NCBI GenBank assembly: GCA_964016885.1
Contig: CAXHJY010001320.1
Span: 12,525 to 76,524 of the forward strand
Length of the DNA: 64,000 bases
Direction of reading: 5' to 3'
Source: Eledone cirrhosa
Taxonomy: Eukaryota
The notes under the pieces are model-generated. The model did no database searches, was not told the origin of the DNA, and worked only from the letters and a program-made list of their open reading frames with translations. The position numbers and the translations under genes were made by a program. Below are positions 39,886-58,394 of the stretch, piece by piece. Within the stretch, counting starts at the first letter, position 1. Every line of letters starts with the position of its first letter.

Positions 39886-42027
39886 TTAGCCATCGGGTTT
39901 TAACACTGGCTTAAAATGTTTGAATGTTGCAAAGTTCTTGTGCATGCAGTTCGGGCAGTGTTCAGAGAGTTTGTTCAGTAGCGGACCCTTGGCGAATAAA
40001 ATTTCGTAGCTCTCTGAAATACAAAGGTCGCAGCCCTTGTGTCCTCCGTTGTAAGAGCGCGCTTCCTGGAGTATTTTCCAATTAAGCGTGAAGGGGGTGG
40101 AGTTCCTTTTGAGGTCCCAAACGTAGGAGGCGAGCGTTGTCTGATTTGATTTATCCGGTCTTCTGAAGGAGTGGGTATGGGCATACCAACGGGTCTTAAA
40201 GTTGTTGGAGGTCATGCCGATGTAAGTTTTTTTGCAATCCTCGGTGCCTGAGATGACATCGCATTTGTATACGATGTCATTTGTGAGGCATTTGTTTTCT
40301 AGTGGGCATGCTTCCTTATTTAGGCAATTACATAGAGCCCCAGTCCGGGGATTGGTTTCGGAGGTGGTTGGCTTATTTAGTTTAGAGTTGTGGTTGGCTA
40401 TATTCCTAGCTAGGTTAGGTGTGGTGGAGTAAGACAGTCTTATAGTGTTCTTATTAAAGATGGTGTAGTACCTATGTTGTATGGGGAAGTGTAATTTCAG
40501 TAAAGTGAAGAAAATCCTAGCTATCGGAGTAGATACCTCTCTATTGAAGGGAGGGTTGTACCAGCTAATCTGCCTATGTCTATTCCTCCTCTGCAATTTT
40601 GCGGTGGTTTCTAGGTAAGTTATCTTATCTTTAAATCCGCTACGGGCTAGGGCGTCATTGTAGTAGGAGGCAGATGCATTAAAAATATCTTTGTTGGCGG
40701 AGAGGCCAGATATTCTAATAGAGACGCTTTTTACTAGGTTATCAGTGATGTTTTGGGGGTGGTTTGAATTAACATTAATATATTTAAGGGACTCGTGAGG
40801 TTTGTGGTACGGGTAATAGAGGGAAGTATCTAGGTCGAGAGTGACATCTAAGAAGTTGGCCCTAGTCAAATTAGAATCTATAGTTATACTAAATCCTAGG
40901 TTAGAGAAGAAAGAGCTTAAGTTTTTCCGAAACCCATCGGTGGTTCTGGGGCTAACCTTATGCAGGGCGAAGTGGCCGTCGTCTCGGTATAAACCTCCAG
41001 TTAGGCCGGTAAAGAGGTTCTTCAGGTTATGTAGGATGTACAGGCCCACAAGGTCGCTAATTTCAGCCGAGTCACTCGCCCCCATGCTAACGTCAAATGG
41101 GGTCTGAGATTTCTTGTTGATCCAGTAAGATCCATCGTGGTATAGAAAGGTCTTACGAGCGTGGAGGATAATAACTTGCTCAGCATCGGTAATGGTGGTA
41201 AAATTCCTGGCAAAGTTAATTGCGTCCTTCAGGAGGGGCTCCGAGATAGAGGCATAGTAGTTTTCTATGTCGAGTTGCAGGAAGCGAGTGTGGTGTTTAT
41301 CGGGTAATTCTTGGAACCATGATATTGCCTCAGATGTTCTACTCCAGAGTGGAAGTGGTGAGGCTGCCCGCAATGATGGTAGAACTCTATCCAGGATCTT
41401 CTTACTGATAGAGCCGATGTCGGAACGAGTGGGGTTGATAAGTCTGACTGATGGTTTGTTGAGGAAATTTCCCTTATGGTCCTTCAGGGTAAAGTGCGGG
41501 GTCTTTACCCTTAAAGGTTCGGTTCGGTCATGTAATTTAAGGGACTTGGCGATTTCTTTTCCGGCCGCGTTTGTCTCAGTCAGCGCCCTCTCTATTACCT
41601 TTTTGTAGGTGGTCGTGATGGTATTTTTTGCCAGCTTATTGTAGGTCTGTGGGTCTACCTCATAAACGTTTTTGGTTTTATCGGAGGAGACATAAAGATT
41701 AGGGGATTTTTTTATATTCCGTAATTCGGCATTTAAGTAGGCCTGGAATGGTGTGGTGGCTCTACGGAATTTAATATCCTTGATCATCTTGAAGAGGTCT
41801 TCTTCAAATGGTTGGAGTAGGCTGTTGGTGGGTGGTGTCTTATTCGTTTTGAAGCCGAACTTCTCATCATTGGTAGATGCTACATCAGGGTTGTCGAGGA
41901 AGAAGGCCCTCCATCTAATTCGCTTGATGAACTCGTCGGTACGTCTGATGAGTGTTTTTAAGTATAGTTTCCTTGGAGGGATAGGGATGTTCTTCAAGGA
42001 AATATCAAGGTCGAGTTTGGTCAGCAT
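39886..42027 (-). CDS. PLE-2 RT/GIY-YIG polyprotein, intact, 713 aa from first ATG
   Basis: Motifs are [67 protein letters not shown]-x5-CPL-x3-[24 protein letters not shown] and CMHK. There are no internal stops. Confidence 0.95.
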   Translation of the reverse strand: MLTKLDLDISLKNIPIPPRKLYLKTLIRRTDEFIKRIRWRAFFLDNPDVASTNDEKFGFKTNKTPPTNSLLQPFEEDLFKMIKDIKFRRATTPFQAYLNAELRNIKKSPNLYVSSDKTKNVYEVDPQTYNKLAKNTITTTYKKVIERALTETNAAGKEIAKSLKLHDRTEPLRVKTPHFTLKDHKGNFLNKPSVRLINPTRSDIGSISKKILDRVLPSLRAASPLPLWSRTSEAISWFQELPDKHHTRFLQLDIENYYASISEPLLKDAINFARNFTTITDAEQVIILHARKTFLYHDGSYWINKKSQTPFDVSMGASDSAEISDLVGLYILHNLKNLFTGLTGGLYRDDGHFALHKVSPRTTDGFRKNLSSFFSNLGFSITIDSNLTRANFLDVTLDLDTSLYYPYHKPHESLKYINVNSNHPQNITDNLVKSVSIRISGLSANKDIFNASASYYNDALARSGFKDKITYLETTAKLQRRNRHRQISWYNPPFNREVSTPIARIFFTLLKLHFPIQHRYYTIFNKNTIRLSYSTTPNLARNIANHNSKLNKPTTSETNPRTGALCNCLNKEACPLENKCLTNDIVYKCDVISGTEDCKKTYIGMTSNNFKTRWYAHTHSFRRPDKSNQTTLASYVWDLKRNSTPFTLNWKILQEARSYNGGHKGCDLCISESYEILFAKGPLLNKLSEHCPNCMHKNFATFKHFKPVLKPDG

Positions 42028-42112
42028 GGTTTCTTGATGATGGTTATAAGAGGCACAGAGAGTGCTAAAATGTACGTTATTCCGGGTTGAATCGGAGGTA
42101 ACCACAGACTTT

Positions 42113-42660
42113 ACCTCTAACTTTAAGACCCGTTGGTATGCCCATACCCACTCCTTCAGAAGACCGGATAAATCAAATCAGACAACGCTCGCCTCCTACG
42201 TTTGGGACCTCAAAAGGAACTCCACCCCTTCACGCTTAATTGGAAAATACTCCAGAAAGCGCGCTCTTACAACGGAGGACACAAGGGCTGCGACCTTTGT
42301 ATTTCAGAGAGCTACGAAATTTTATTCGCCAAGGGCCCGCTACTGAACAAACTCTCTGAACACTGCCCGAACTGCATGCACAAGAACTTTGCAACATTCA
42401 AACATTTTAAGCCAGTGTTAAAACCCGATGGCTAAAAACGACCTCCCCCTATTGGCCCCTATACCTCCTCCCCACCCTACCCCCACCCCTCCTCAACCTG
42501 AAATACGGCCACTATGGTTTACGTGAGTACCTCTTTCGTATCTACATTATCTGCCTGTAGAGGTGTCTTTATATGCCTGCGTATATGCGTATATTTATTG
42601 AGTACCTATTTACTTGTATGTGTATATATTTGTTTGTATATGTGTATGTGTGTGTGTGTG

Positions 42661-42725
<65 letters not shown>

Positions 42726-42856
42726 ATTTGTATGTATATATGTATATGTGTGTATATATGTATATGTGTGTATATATGTACATGTGCGTATGTGTGTGTG
42801 TGTATATGTATGTATATGTGTGTGTATATATATATATATATGTATATGTATGTATA

Positions 42857-42909
<53 letters not shown>

Positions 42910-42948
42910 ATACATATATATATGTATGTATATGTGTGTGTATATGTG

Positions 42949-42985
<37 letters not shown>

Positions 42986-42992
42986 ATGTGTG

Positions 42993-43041
<49 letters not shown>

Positions 43042-43150
43042 ATGTGTGTATATATATGTGTCTGTGTATGTGTGTGTATGTGTGTATGTGTGTGTATGTG
43101 TGTATATATATATATATGTGTGTATATATATATATGTGTGTATATATATA

Positions 43151-43181
<31 letters not shown>

Positions 43182-43305
43182 GTGTATATATATGTATATA
43201 TATGTGTGTATGTATATATATATATATGTGCGTGAGAGAGAGAGTGTGTATATATATTTTGTGTGTGGGTGTGTGTATGTGTGTATGCGCGTGTGTGTAT
43301 ATATA

Positions 43306-43366
<61 letters not shown>

Positions 43367-43478
43367 GTATATGTATATGTGTGTGTATATATGCGTTATA
43401 TGTCTGTATATATATGTGTATATTTGTGTATAGGTCTGTGTATGTATGTGTATGTTTGTATATGTATGGATATATATA

Positions 43479-43523
<45 letters not shown>

Positions 43524-43662
43524 ATATGTGTATATATATATGTGTGTATATGTGTGTGTGTATAGATATTTATACATATGTATACTCGTGTTTGTATGTA
43601 TGCGTGTGAGTGTATTTATTTGTGTATATATGTGTGTGTATGTATGTGTATGTGTGTGTATC

Positions 43663-43747
<85 letters not shown>

Positions 43748-43784
43748 GTATTATATTATACATGTGTGTGTGTGTGTATGTGTG

Positions 43785-43833
<49 letters not shown>

Positions 43834-44613
43834 GTATTATATTATATATGTATGTATGTATGTATGTATGTGTGTATGTATGTGTGTGTACATGAATATA
43901 TATTTATTTATATATATTTATATATTTTTATATATGTGTGTGTGTTCTTATGTGTGTATATGTGTTTGTGTTTATGGTTGCGCGTAAGTGTGTGAGTGAG
44001 TATGTGTTTTTTTGTTTTTTTGTGAATGTGTCTGTTGATTTTTGGCATATAGTTGATTAGTTTAAGAGAAGTTCGAAGATAATAGTAAGATATGCACTCA
44101 GTATTTTGAATCTGTCTGCAGAATTCTCTAGACCTTTGTCACTTAGTAGAACCTTAATGACTTTAGCTTTTAAAGAATCTCCCTTTTCTTTAATTCTATC
44201 GACCATGACTGACCCCCCACTGATTTTATAGACATCTGTTAGCTTAAGAGAAACTTATTGACAAGGAATGGTATGCCATCCGGAACCTGCTTATAGAATT
44301 CTGTCTGCCTTTGTTACTCTAAAAACATAAATAAATATAAATAAAAATAAACTATAGCTTTGTAGAATTAGCTTTTAATGAATTCCCTTTTCTATCAACC
44401 AATGACCTGCACCCATCCCACTCCCCACCCTCTCCTACCACTTGTAGAGACCTATAAATACCATATTTATTTTTTGATACCCAGATTCCTGATGATTTCT
44501 AATGAATGAAACAGTTCTAGTCCTGTAGAATCTCTTCTATATTAAAACTGTTATACTCTGCTATGTATTGAGTACCTTACTTACTGTGGTTACCTCCGAT
44601 TCAACCCGGAATA
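42113..44613 (+). repeat. inverted pseudo-LTR of PLE-2 (ORF 3' end + UTR + HHR + read-through into the element 5' end)
   Basis: 42118-44549 mirrors the minus copy. 44584-44614 (CTGTGGTTACCTCCGATTCAACCCGGAATAA) equals the element's 5' start at 42107-42077. Confidence 0.95.
44483..44533 (+). ncRNA. type I hammerhead ribozyme
   Basis: The fold is AGATTC-CTGATGA-tTTCtaatGAAt-GAAA-CAGttctagtcCTG-TA-GAATCT, with cleavage triplet GUA. Confidence 0.87.
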
Positions 44614-49354
<4,741 letters not shown>

Positions 49355-49359
49355 TATAT

Positions 49360-49770
49360 GTAAGCTCCTGGCTGTCTTAAGCTTCCAATGCTTTTGGTAA
49401 GCTGGAGAAGCTCTTTTGGTCAAAGTCCGATATCAGTATGTGCACAAAAGTTGAAGTGTATCAAGCATATATGCTTACAACCTTGCTGTATGGATGTGAG
49501 ACATGGTTAACATAATGTGGGTGTATTCAGTAGCTTGAAGGTTTCCACCAACAAAGCTTGCACCCCATCCTCAAGCTCTTATGCTGACTTCATACTCATT
49601 GAAATAACAACTTGATTTTGCATGTGGTATCTATACCAAACTGTGTTGCTCTGCAGGTGTGCTAACCTGGCACCACAAAGCATGCCATACCAATCAAACT
49701 TACCTGCATACTGTGTTGTATGACATGTAAATCACTTCTTGGTTTGATGAGCCATTTAAGGCAGCATCAA
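49360..49770 (+). mobile_element. old RTE/BovB-like fragment
   Basis: It reads ASNAFGKLEKLFWSK...TKVEVYQAYMLTTLLYGCETW...LEGFHQQSL. Confidence 0.6.
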
Positions 49771-50880
49771 CAACAGCAACATCAATAATATGTCTGTTTT
49801 TGTTTTTATTCTAAGAAGAGGCTGTACTCGGACATGAGTTGACTTGCACTATGTATGTGTGTGTGTGTGTATATATATAATATAAATAAAAAAGTTTAGA
49901 TGAATTGATAATACAACCATATAAAAGTAAAGAACATTTTAAAACTCAATGTGATTGTATAGTCCACAGCAAGATAGGTAACAGACAGTTCAAAATTCAA
50001 TCCAATCGGTAAATTTAATTAATTCTGATTAGATTATTATAACAGGAATGGAATATTTCAGTTATTTTAACAAAATGATCATCAATCAATTAAATGATTT
50101 AATTTAAATTTTTGTTAATCCTTATTCTTCTATATATATAATTAAAAATAACAAGAACGGACAGGAAATATCCCTTCAAAGTTTTAATGTTGCAAAAGAC
50201 ACTATATGTATTAGATGGTTCGCCCCAACAATAACACTGAATTCATGAACCATCTCTGAATCAAGTATATTCTCTGTTTGTGTTTGCTGTCATTTCTTTA
50301 ATCCATACCTGATGATGTTGTCAAGGTCTTGTGTCATGATCGAATGAAATAACTAGGCCATTGAAATATGTATAATGTTTTTTGTAACATTAAAATTTTA
50401 AAGGGATATTTCCAGTTTGGCCTTCTGTTATTCTTAAATAAATATTTTACTCTTTTCCTGCACCAGCCACTAGATACCACATCTATGCTGGATGAGTTGC
50501 ATAGCATAGTGCTTTTCTTACTATTACATCATAGTTTGCTAACCTGAATGACCGGTTCTACCCATTGGTAAACCACACAACATAAATGGTATATATATAT
50601 TTATATATATTGTTATAATTTGGGAGGGTCATGTTGCCAATAAGAAACACATGCAACCAGTTGCTTTCACTTCAATTTATTATAAATTTTATAAATTTCC
50701 GGTTGGTTGGTTGGTTCCACAACCGGATGGTTGTTCATATATGTCAAAGTTCTTTCGTCACACATTCTGTGACCTCTTCAGTGATTGGGGATTCTTTTCT
50801 TTGTTTTGTGCCTCTCCTTTGTTCTGTCCTACGCCATATTGAAAAAACAAGATGGCGTAGTGTTTTTTCAAGTGTTTTTT

Positions 50881-50911
<31 letters not shown>

Positions 50912-50913
<2 letters not shown>

Positions 50914-51138
50914 CATCATCATCATCATCATCAGGTTTAGCGTCCGTGTTCCACGCTTGCATGGGTTTGGACGGGGGTTTTCCCACTTGAGGCAAGAGTG
51001 GTTGTCTTGCTCGCATAGGACTGTCTGGCGGGTTTTCTACAGTTGGATGCCCTTCCTAACACCAACCACATTTACAGTGTGGGGCTGGGAGGTTTTTACC
51101 GTGTTGCCTACACGGCCACATTTACAGCGTGGACTGTG

Positions 51139-51173
<35 letters not shown>

Positions 51174-52414
51174 TCGTGACACCTACACGATCTCATTTGT
51201 TTCGGCCTGGATGTTGTGGGACCAACATAACTTTACATTGAAAGGGGCGGTGTGGATGGGGTGAAGGTGGTGGGACGGGGGGGTGTTTTGATAGAGATGC
51301 CTACTGACTGTAGTAGGTTTTTACTTTGTATTTAGGTAAGGCAGGTCTTCTCTATTACTGAGTACCGCCAAAGGTCTCGGTCCAGTGACATTGTCTTGGA
51401 GAGGTGTAAGCGTGTGAGGTCGGAATTTATCAGCTCGTCCCATGTTTTTCTGGGTCTGCCTACTCCGTGGCTACCGTCTATCTTTATTGCCCTGCACTTT
51501 GTTATACAGCTGTCGTCTTTCATGCGCATCACGTGACCGTACCAACGTAGCCTTCTCTCGAGTAAACAACATCTGATCCCTCTTATTTCTAATTTTTTCC
51601 TTAGTTCGTTTATGCTTTGCCGTTCACGTATATTACTATTGCACATCCAGCGGAGCATGCAAGCTTCGTTCCTCTCTAGTCTGCGTATATCCTCTGCACA
51701 CAATGCCCAGGTCCACTGCCATGCAGCATTGCTGTTCGTATGCAGGCATCGTATAACCTGCCTTTCATTTTTAGGGAGAACCCTCTAGCGGCTAATAGTG
51801 GTATAAGCTCTCTGAACTTTTTCCATCCAGTTCTGACTCTAGCTACTGTACTTTCAGAGCACCCTCCCCCACTGCTGATTTTGTCACCCAGGTAACGGAA
51901 GCTGTCCACTATTTCTATAGAACCCTCTGCGCAGTTGAAGGAGCTAGTATTTTGTGGGCACTTGCTGCTACTTATTGCACCAGAGCACCGGCCACATGTA
52001 AAATCTATGTTCTTAGTTAGCTTACCTGTGATCCCACTACATCTTTTATGCACCCATACTTTGCATTTGGGACATAAAATGGAGTTTCTACCTACGCCTT
52101 TCCTACACACTGAGCATGGCCATTTCCCAGATGGGACCGCCGCCTTATTTTCTTTCCTACAAACTAGAACTTTAGTCTTAGCCAGGTTAATTTTAAGGCC
52201 TTTTGATTCTAGGCCGTGCTTCCATGTTTGGAATTTCTTCTCTAGTTTGGTCATTGATTCAGCTATGAGCGTTAGATCATCTGCGTATAGGAGTTCCCAT
52301 GGGCAGCCGGTCTTGAACTCCTCTGTTATAGCCTGAAGGGCAATAATAAATAGTAGGGGGCTAAGAACAGAGCCCTGATGGACACCAACTTTTACGCTAA
52401 ACTCTTCACTATAT
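50912..52414 (-). mobile_element. RTE-B LINE, 5'-truncated, one frameshift
   Basis: It contains [16 protein letters not shown], the PHD finger, RWYGHV and a (GAT)n tail. Confidence 0.93.
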
Positions 52415-52452
52415 ATACATACATATAAATATATCTATATATAAATATATAC

Positions 52453-52483
<31 letters not shown>

Positions 52484-52486
52484 AAT

Positions 52487-52523
<37 letters not shown>

Positions 52524-52524
52524 A

Positions 52525-52589
<65 letters not shown>

Positions 52590-52628
52590 TATATATATAA
52601 ATATATATAAATATATATATATATATAT

Positions 52629-52898
52629 AAGTACCTAGCTAAAGGTAAACCCCTCTACTTAGCTTTTGTCGACTTGGAGAAAGCCTTCGACAGAGTCCCC
52701 CGCTCCATTATCTGGTGGGCTCTTAGAAAACTAGGCATTGACGAATGGCTTGTGAGAGCTATACAAGTCATGTATAAAGAAACAGTCAGCAAGGTCTTGA
52801 ACTCCTCTGTTATAGCCTGAAGGGCAATAATAAATAGTAGGGGGCTAAGAACAGAGCCCTGATGGACACCAACTTTTACGCTAAACTCTTCACTATAT
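52629..52898. mobile_element. chimeric RTE-B fragment (+ 52629-52792 fused to - 52793-52898)
   Basis: The + part equals the start of the 56306 copy. The - part equals 52310-52414. Confidence 0.9.
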
Positions 52899-52930
52899 AT
52901 ATATACATACATATAAATATATATATATAA

Positions 52931-53003
<73 letters not shown>

Positions 53004-53189
53004 AAATATTAAACAAATAATGAATAAAACAATGAAACAGTTCCTTATATTAAACAAAAAAAGTTCATTATTTAACGATCGTTTCTAGGATATATATGTG
53101 TTAGAATTGGCATGCATATTCAACAGATCTATGTACAAAATGATACAAAATTATACAAACTATCATTACTACCGTAAACTCTTGGTAGA

Positions 53190-54197
<1,008 letters not shown>

Positions 54198-55666
54198 TAG
54201 AAAACTAGGAGTAGATGAATGGCTTGTGAAAGCGGTACAAGCCATGTATAGGGGAGCAGTCAGCAAAGTTAGGATTGCAATGAGTATAGCGAGGAATTTA
54301 GCGTACAGGTTGGGGTCCACCAGGGCTCTGTTCTTAGCCCTCTCCTGTTCATCATAGTCCTGCAGGCAATAACGAAGGAGTTTAAGACCGGATGCCCATG
54401 GAACTCCTGTATGCTGATGACCTCGCACTCATAGCTGAATCTATGGTAGAACTAGAGAATAAATTCCAAACCTGGAAGCAGGGACTAGAGAGAAAGGGCC
54501 TCAAAGTCAACATGACAAAGACTAAGGTCCTTATAAGTAGACGAGAAAACAGAACCCAGATCCCCTCAGGGAAATGGCCTTGCTCAGTATGTAGGAAAGG
54601 TGTAGGTAGGAACTCCATTCTTTGCCCCAAATGCAAACAATGGGTACACAAGAGATGTAGCGGGATCTCAGGAAGCTTAATTAAGAATGTAGGATTCACA
54701 TGCAGCAGCTGTGCTGAAACAGCAAGCAAACAGCCACAGGAAACAAGTACCACCAATCTCTGGGAGGGCCCTGTAGAAACAGTAGACAGCTTCTGCTACC
54801 TAGGTGACCGAATTAGCAACGGAGGTGGGTGCTCAGAAAGTACAATAACTAGGGTAAGAACGGGATGGAAGAAGTTTAGGGAACTACTACCACTGCTAGC
54901 TGCAAAAGGCTTCTCCCTCAGAATGAAAGGCAGACTGTATGATGCGTGTATCCGAACAGCGATGTTGCATGGTAGTGAGACCTGGGCGCTGAAGGTGGAA
55001 GACTTACGTAGATTAGAGAGAAACGAAGCCTGCATGCTCCGATGGATGTGTAACAGTAATATACGTGAACGACAAAGCATAAATGAATTGAGAGAGAGAC
55101 TGAGCATAAGAGGAATCAAATGCTGCGTGCAGGAGAGGCGGTTACGCTGGTATGGACATGTGATGCGTATGAAGGATGACAGCTGCATAAAAAGGTGCAG
55201 AGCACTAGAAGTTGATGGAAACCGCGGAGTGGGGAGACCCAAGATGACTTGGGATGAGGTGATAAAAGCCGACCTTACCCAACTACACCTCTCAAAGTCA
55301 ATGACACACGACCGTGACTTCTGGCGTCACGCAGTAATACAGGGTACCCGACCTCCCATGGGTACATGCTGAAGCATATAAACAATATGCCCCCCCCCCC
55401 CCCCCCCCCATGGAGGTGCCACGGCAAAAAAGCACCCAGCCCACACTGTAAAGTGGACGTGTAGGCGCCACGAAAAAGCACCCAGCACTCACTGTAAATG
55501 AGGTTGGTGTTAGGAAGGGCATCCAGCTGTAGAAATCAAGCCAGATCAGTTCCTGTATGAGCAAGGCATGGTCAGCCGACCAGACACTGCCCACAACAGG
55601 ACAACCCGTCTAACCCATGCTAGCGTGGAAGAACGGACGTAAAAACGGTGATGATGATGATGATGA

Positions 55667-55670
<4 letters not shown>
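54198..55670 (+). mobile_element. RTE-A LINE, 5'-truncated, near-identical to 37511-38995
   Basis: The 326-aa ORF differs from the 950-aa ORF C-terminus by only a few residues, and it has a (GAT)n tail. Confidence 0.95.
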
Positions 55671-55709
<39 letters not shown>

Positions 55710-55719
55710 TATATATATA

Positions 55720-55985
<266 letters not shown>

Positions 55986-55994
55986 TAAATATAT

Positions 55995-56039
<45 letters not shown>

Positions 56040-56054
56040 TAAATATATATATAT

Positions 56055-56266
<212 letters not shown>

Positions 56267-56305
56267 AATATATATATATATAAATATATATATATAAATA
56301 TATAT

Positions 56306-57393
56306 AAGTACCTAGCTAAAGGTAAACCCCTCTACTTAGCTTTTGTCGACTTGGAGAAAGCCTTCGACAGAGTCCCCCGCTCCATTATCTGGTGGGCTCT
56401 TAGAAAACTAGGCGTTGACGAATGGCTTGTGAGAGCTATACAAGCCATGTATAAAGAAACAGTCAGCAAAGTTAGAATTAACAACGAATATAGTGAAGAG
56501 TTTAGCGTAAAAGTTGGCGTCCATCAGGGCTCTGTTCTTAGCCCCCTACTATTTATTATTGCCCTTCAGGCTATAACAGAGGAGTTCAAGACCGGCTGCC
56601 CATGGGAACTCCTATACGCAGACGACCTGACACTCATAGCGGAATCAATGGCCGAGCTAGAGAAGAAATTCCAAACATGGAAGCACGGCCTAGAATCAAA
56701 AGGACTTAAAATTAACCTGGCTAAGACTAAAGTTCTAGTTTGTAGGAAAGAAAATTAAGGCGGCGGTCCCTTCTGGGAAATGGTCGTGCTCGGTGTGTAG
56801 GAAAGGCGTAGGTAGAAACTCCATTTTATGTCCTAAATGCAAAGTATGGGTGCCTAAAAGATGTAGTGGGATCACAGGTAAGCTAACTAAGAACATAGAT
56901 TTTACATGTGGCCGGTGCTCTGGTGCAATAAGTAGCAGCAAGTGCCCACAAAATACTAGCTCTTTCAATTGCGCAGAGGGTTCTATAGAAATAGTGGACA
57001 GTTTCCGTTACCTGGGTGATAAAATCAGCAGTGGGGGAGGGTGCTCTGAAAGTACAGTAGCTAGAGTCAGAACTGGTTGGAAAAAGTTCAGAGAGCTTAT
57101 ACCACTATTAGCTGCTAAAGGGTTCTCCCTAAAAATGAAAGGCAGGTTGTACGATGCCTGCATACGAACAGCAATGTTGCATGGCAGTGAGACCTGGGCA
57201 TTGTGTGCAGAGGATATACGCAGACTAGAGAGGAACGAAGCTTGCATGCTCCGCTGGATGTGTAACAGTAATATACGTGAACGGCAAAGCATAAACGAAC
57301 TAAGGAAAAAATTAGAAATAAGAGGGATCAGATGTTGTTTACTCGAGAGAAGGCTACGTTGGTATGGACACGTGATGCGCATGAAAGTCGATA
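56306..57393 (+). mobile_element. RTE-B internal fragment, truncated at both ends
   Basis: It runs from [11 protein letters not shown] to [12 protein letters not shown] and ends abruptly at the hammerhead repeat. Confidence 0.93.
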
Positions 57394-57566
57394 ACAAATA
57401 ACGAAACGAAATTAAATTTCGTTTCGTTATTTGTTTTTATCGTCTCCGTTGAACCGGTACGTACTCACACTCTATGCAAATTAGTCTGCCCACTACTAAT
57501 TTTCATAGAAAAAGCATATAACGATATGTGCTTTTACGATTCTCCAGAAAGGCCGGTAGATAGGTA

Positions 57567-57611
57567 AATATTGCTGATGAGTTGTAACAACAACGAAACT
57601 AGTTCAATATT
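57567..57611 (+). ncRNA. minimal type I hammerhead ribozyme (unit 1)
   Basis: The fold is AATATTG-CTGATGA-GTTGTaacaACAAC-GAAA-CTAG-TT-CAATATT, with triplet GUU and palindromic stem III. Confidence 0.92.
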
Positions 57612-58041
57612 CCTTGTCTGGCTTTCTGGAGAATAGAGGAAAGGTGTTTCCTCAAAAACCAGTATGACTCTAAAAACCGGTTTGTCTGTGTGTTTACATA
57701 CAGAATAGCTGGACACTCACGGTAAAGTGACCAGTGAAAAACTTGGTACATCTACATATGTATACGTGTGTGTATTCATATGCATACTAGTATTTCAGTA
57801 TACATATGTGGATGTACATTTTTAACTTAATTATATATATATATATAAATATATATAAATATATATATAAATAAACGAAATTTAATTTCGTTTCGTTATT
57901 TGTTTTTATCGTTTCCGCTGAACCGGTGCGTACAATGACTCACGTTCTATGCAAATTAGTCTACCCACTACTAATTTTCATAGAAAAAGCATATAACGAT
58001 ATGTGCTTTTACAATTCTCCAGAGAAGCCGGAAGATGGGTA

Positions 58042-58085
58042 AATATTGCTGATGAGATGTAATACATCGAAACTAGTCCAATATT
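58042..58085 (+). ncRNA. minimal type I hammerhead ribozyme (unit 2)
   Basis: The fold is AATATTG-CTGATGA-GATGTaatACATC-GAAA-CTAG-TC-CAATATT, with triplet GUC. Stem II shows a compensatory change versus unit 1. Confidence 0.93.
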
Positions 58086-58394
58086 CCTGTCTGGCCCTCT
58101 GGAGAATAGAGGAAATGTGTTTCCTTGAAAACTCGTATGACTCTAAAACCCGGTCCGTCTGTGTGGTTACATACAGACTAGCTGACACTCACTGTAAAGT
58201 GTCTAGTGAAAGGCTCAGTACATGTACATATGTATACATGTGTGTATTTATATGCATACTAATACTTCCGTATACATATGTAGATGTACACTTTAACTTA
58301 ATTGTTTAAGCGTCAGTCATACAAAAGTGAGTTAGAAGCGAAACGAAATTTAATTTCGTTTCGTTATTTGTTTTTATATATATATATATAAATA

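Larger units (their letters stand above)
34634..42107 (-). mobile_element. Penelope-like element PLE-2 (Naiad-type): ORF + ~2.1-kb microsatellite-rich 3' UTR, interrupted by RTE-A
   Basis: The ORF spans 39886-42027. The UTR (34634-35825 plus 38996-39885) is the reverse complement of 42436-44549. Confidence 0.93.
57393..58376 (+). repeat. ~468-bp structured tandem repeat (2 units + start of a third), one hammerhead per unit; retrozyme-like
   Basis: AAACGAAATTwAATTTCGTTTCGTTATTTGTTTTTAT recurs at 57404, 57873 and 58341. The units are diverged but colinear, with no credible ORF. Confidence 0.9.

Noticed and set aside
39886-42105. Selenoprotein-type Naiad (in-frame UGA + SECIS)
   Set aside because: The PLE-2 ORF has no internal UGA, and the PLE-1 disruptions are an insertion, a frameshift and TAA. 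I saw no convincing SECIS.
49637-49690. Candidate next ENTPD exon (CTGCAG|GT GTG CTA ACC TGG...)
   Set aside because: After GVLTW the frame does not match the expected T-x-N-F/Y-L, there is no suitable donor, and it lies in an old LINE tail.
57393-58376. CRISPR-like array suggested by the recurring palindromic repeat
   Set aside because: The intervening ~430-bp sequences are homologous to each other rather than unique spacers. The context is eukaryotic and there are no cas genes.
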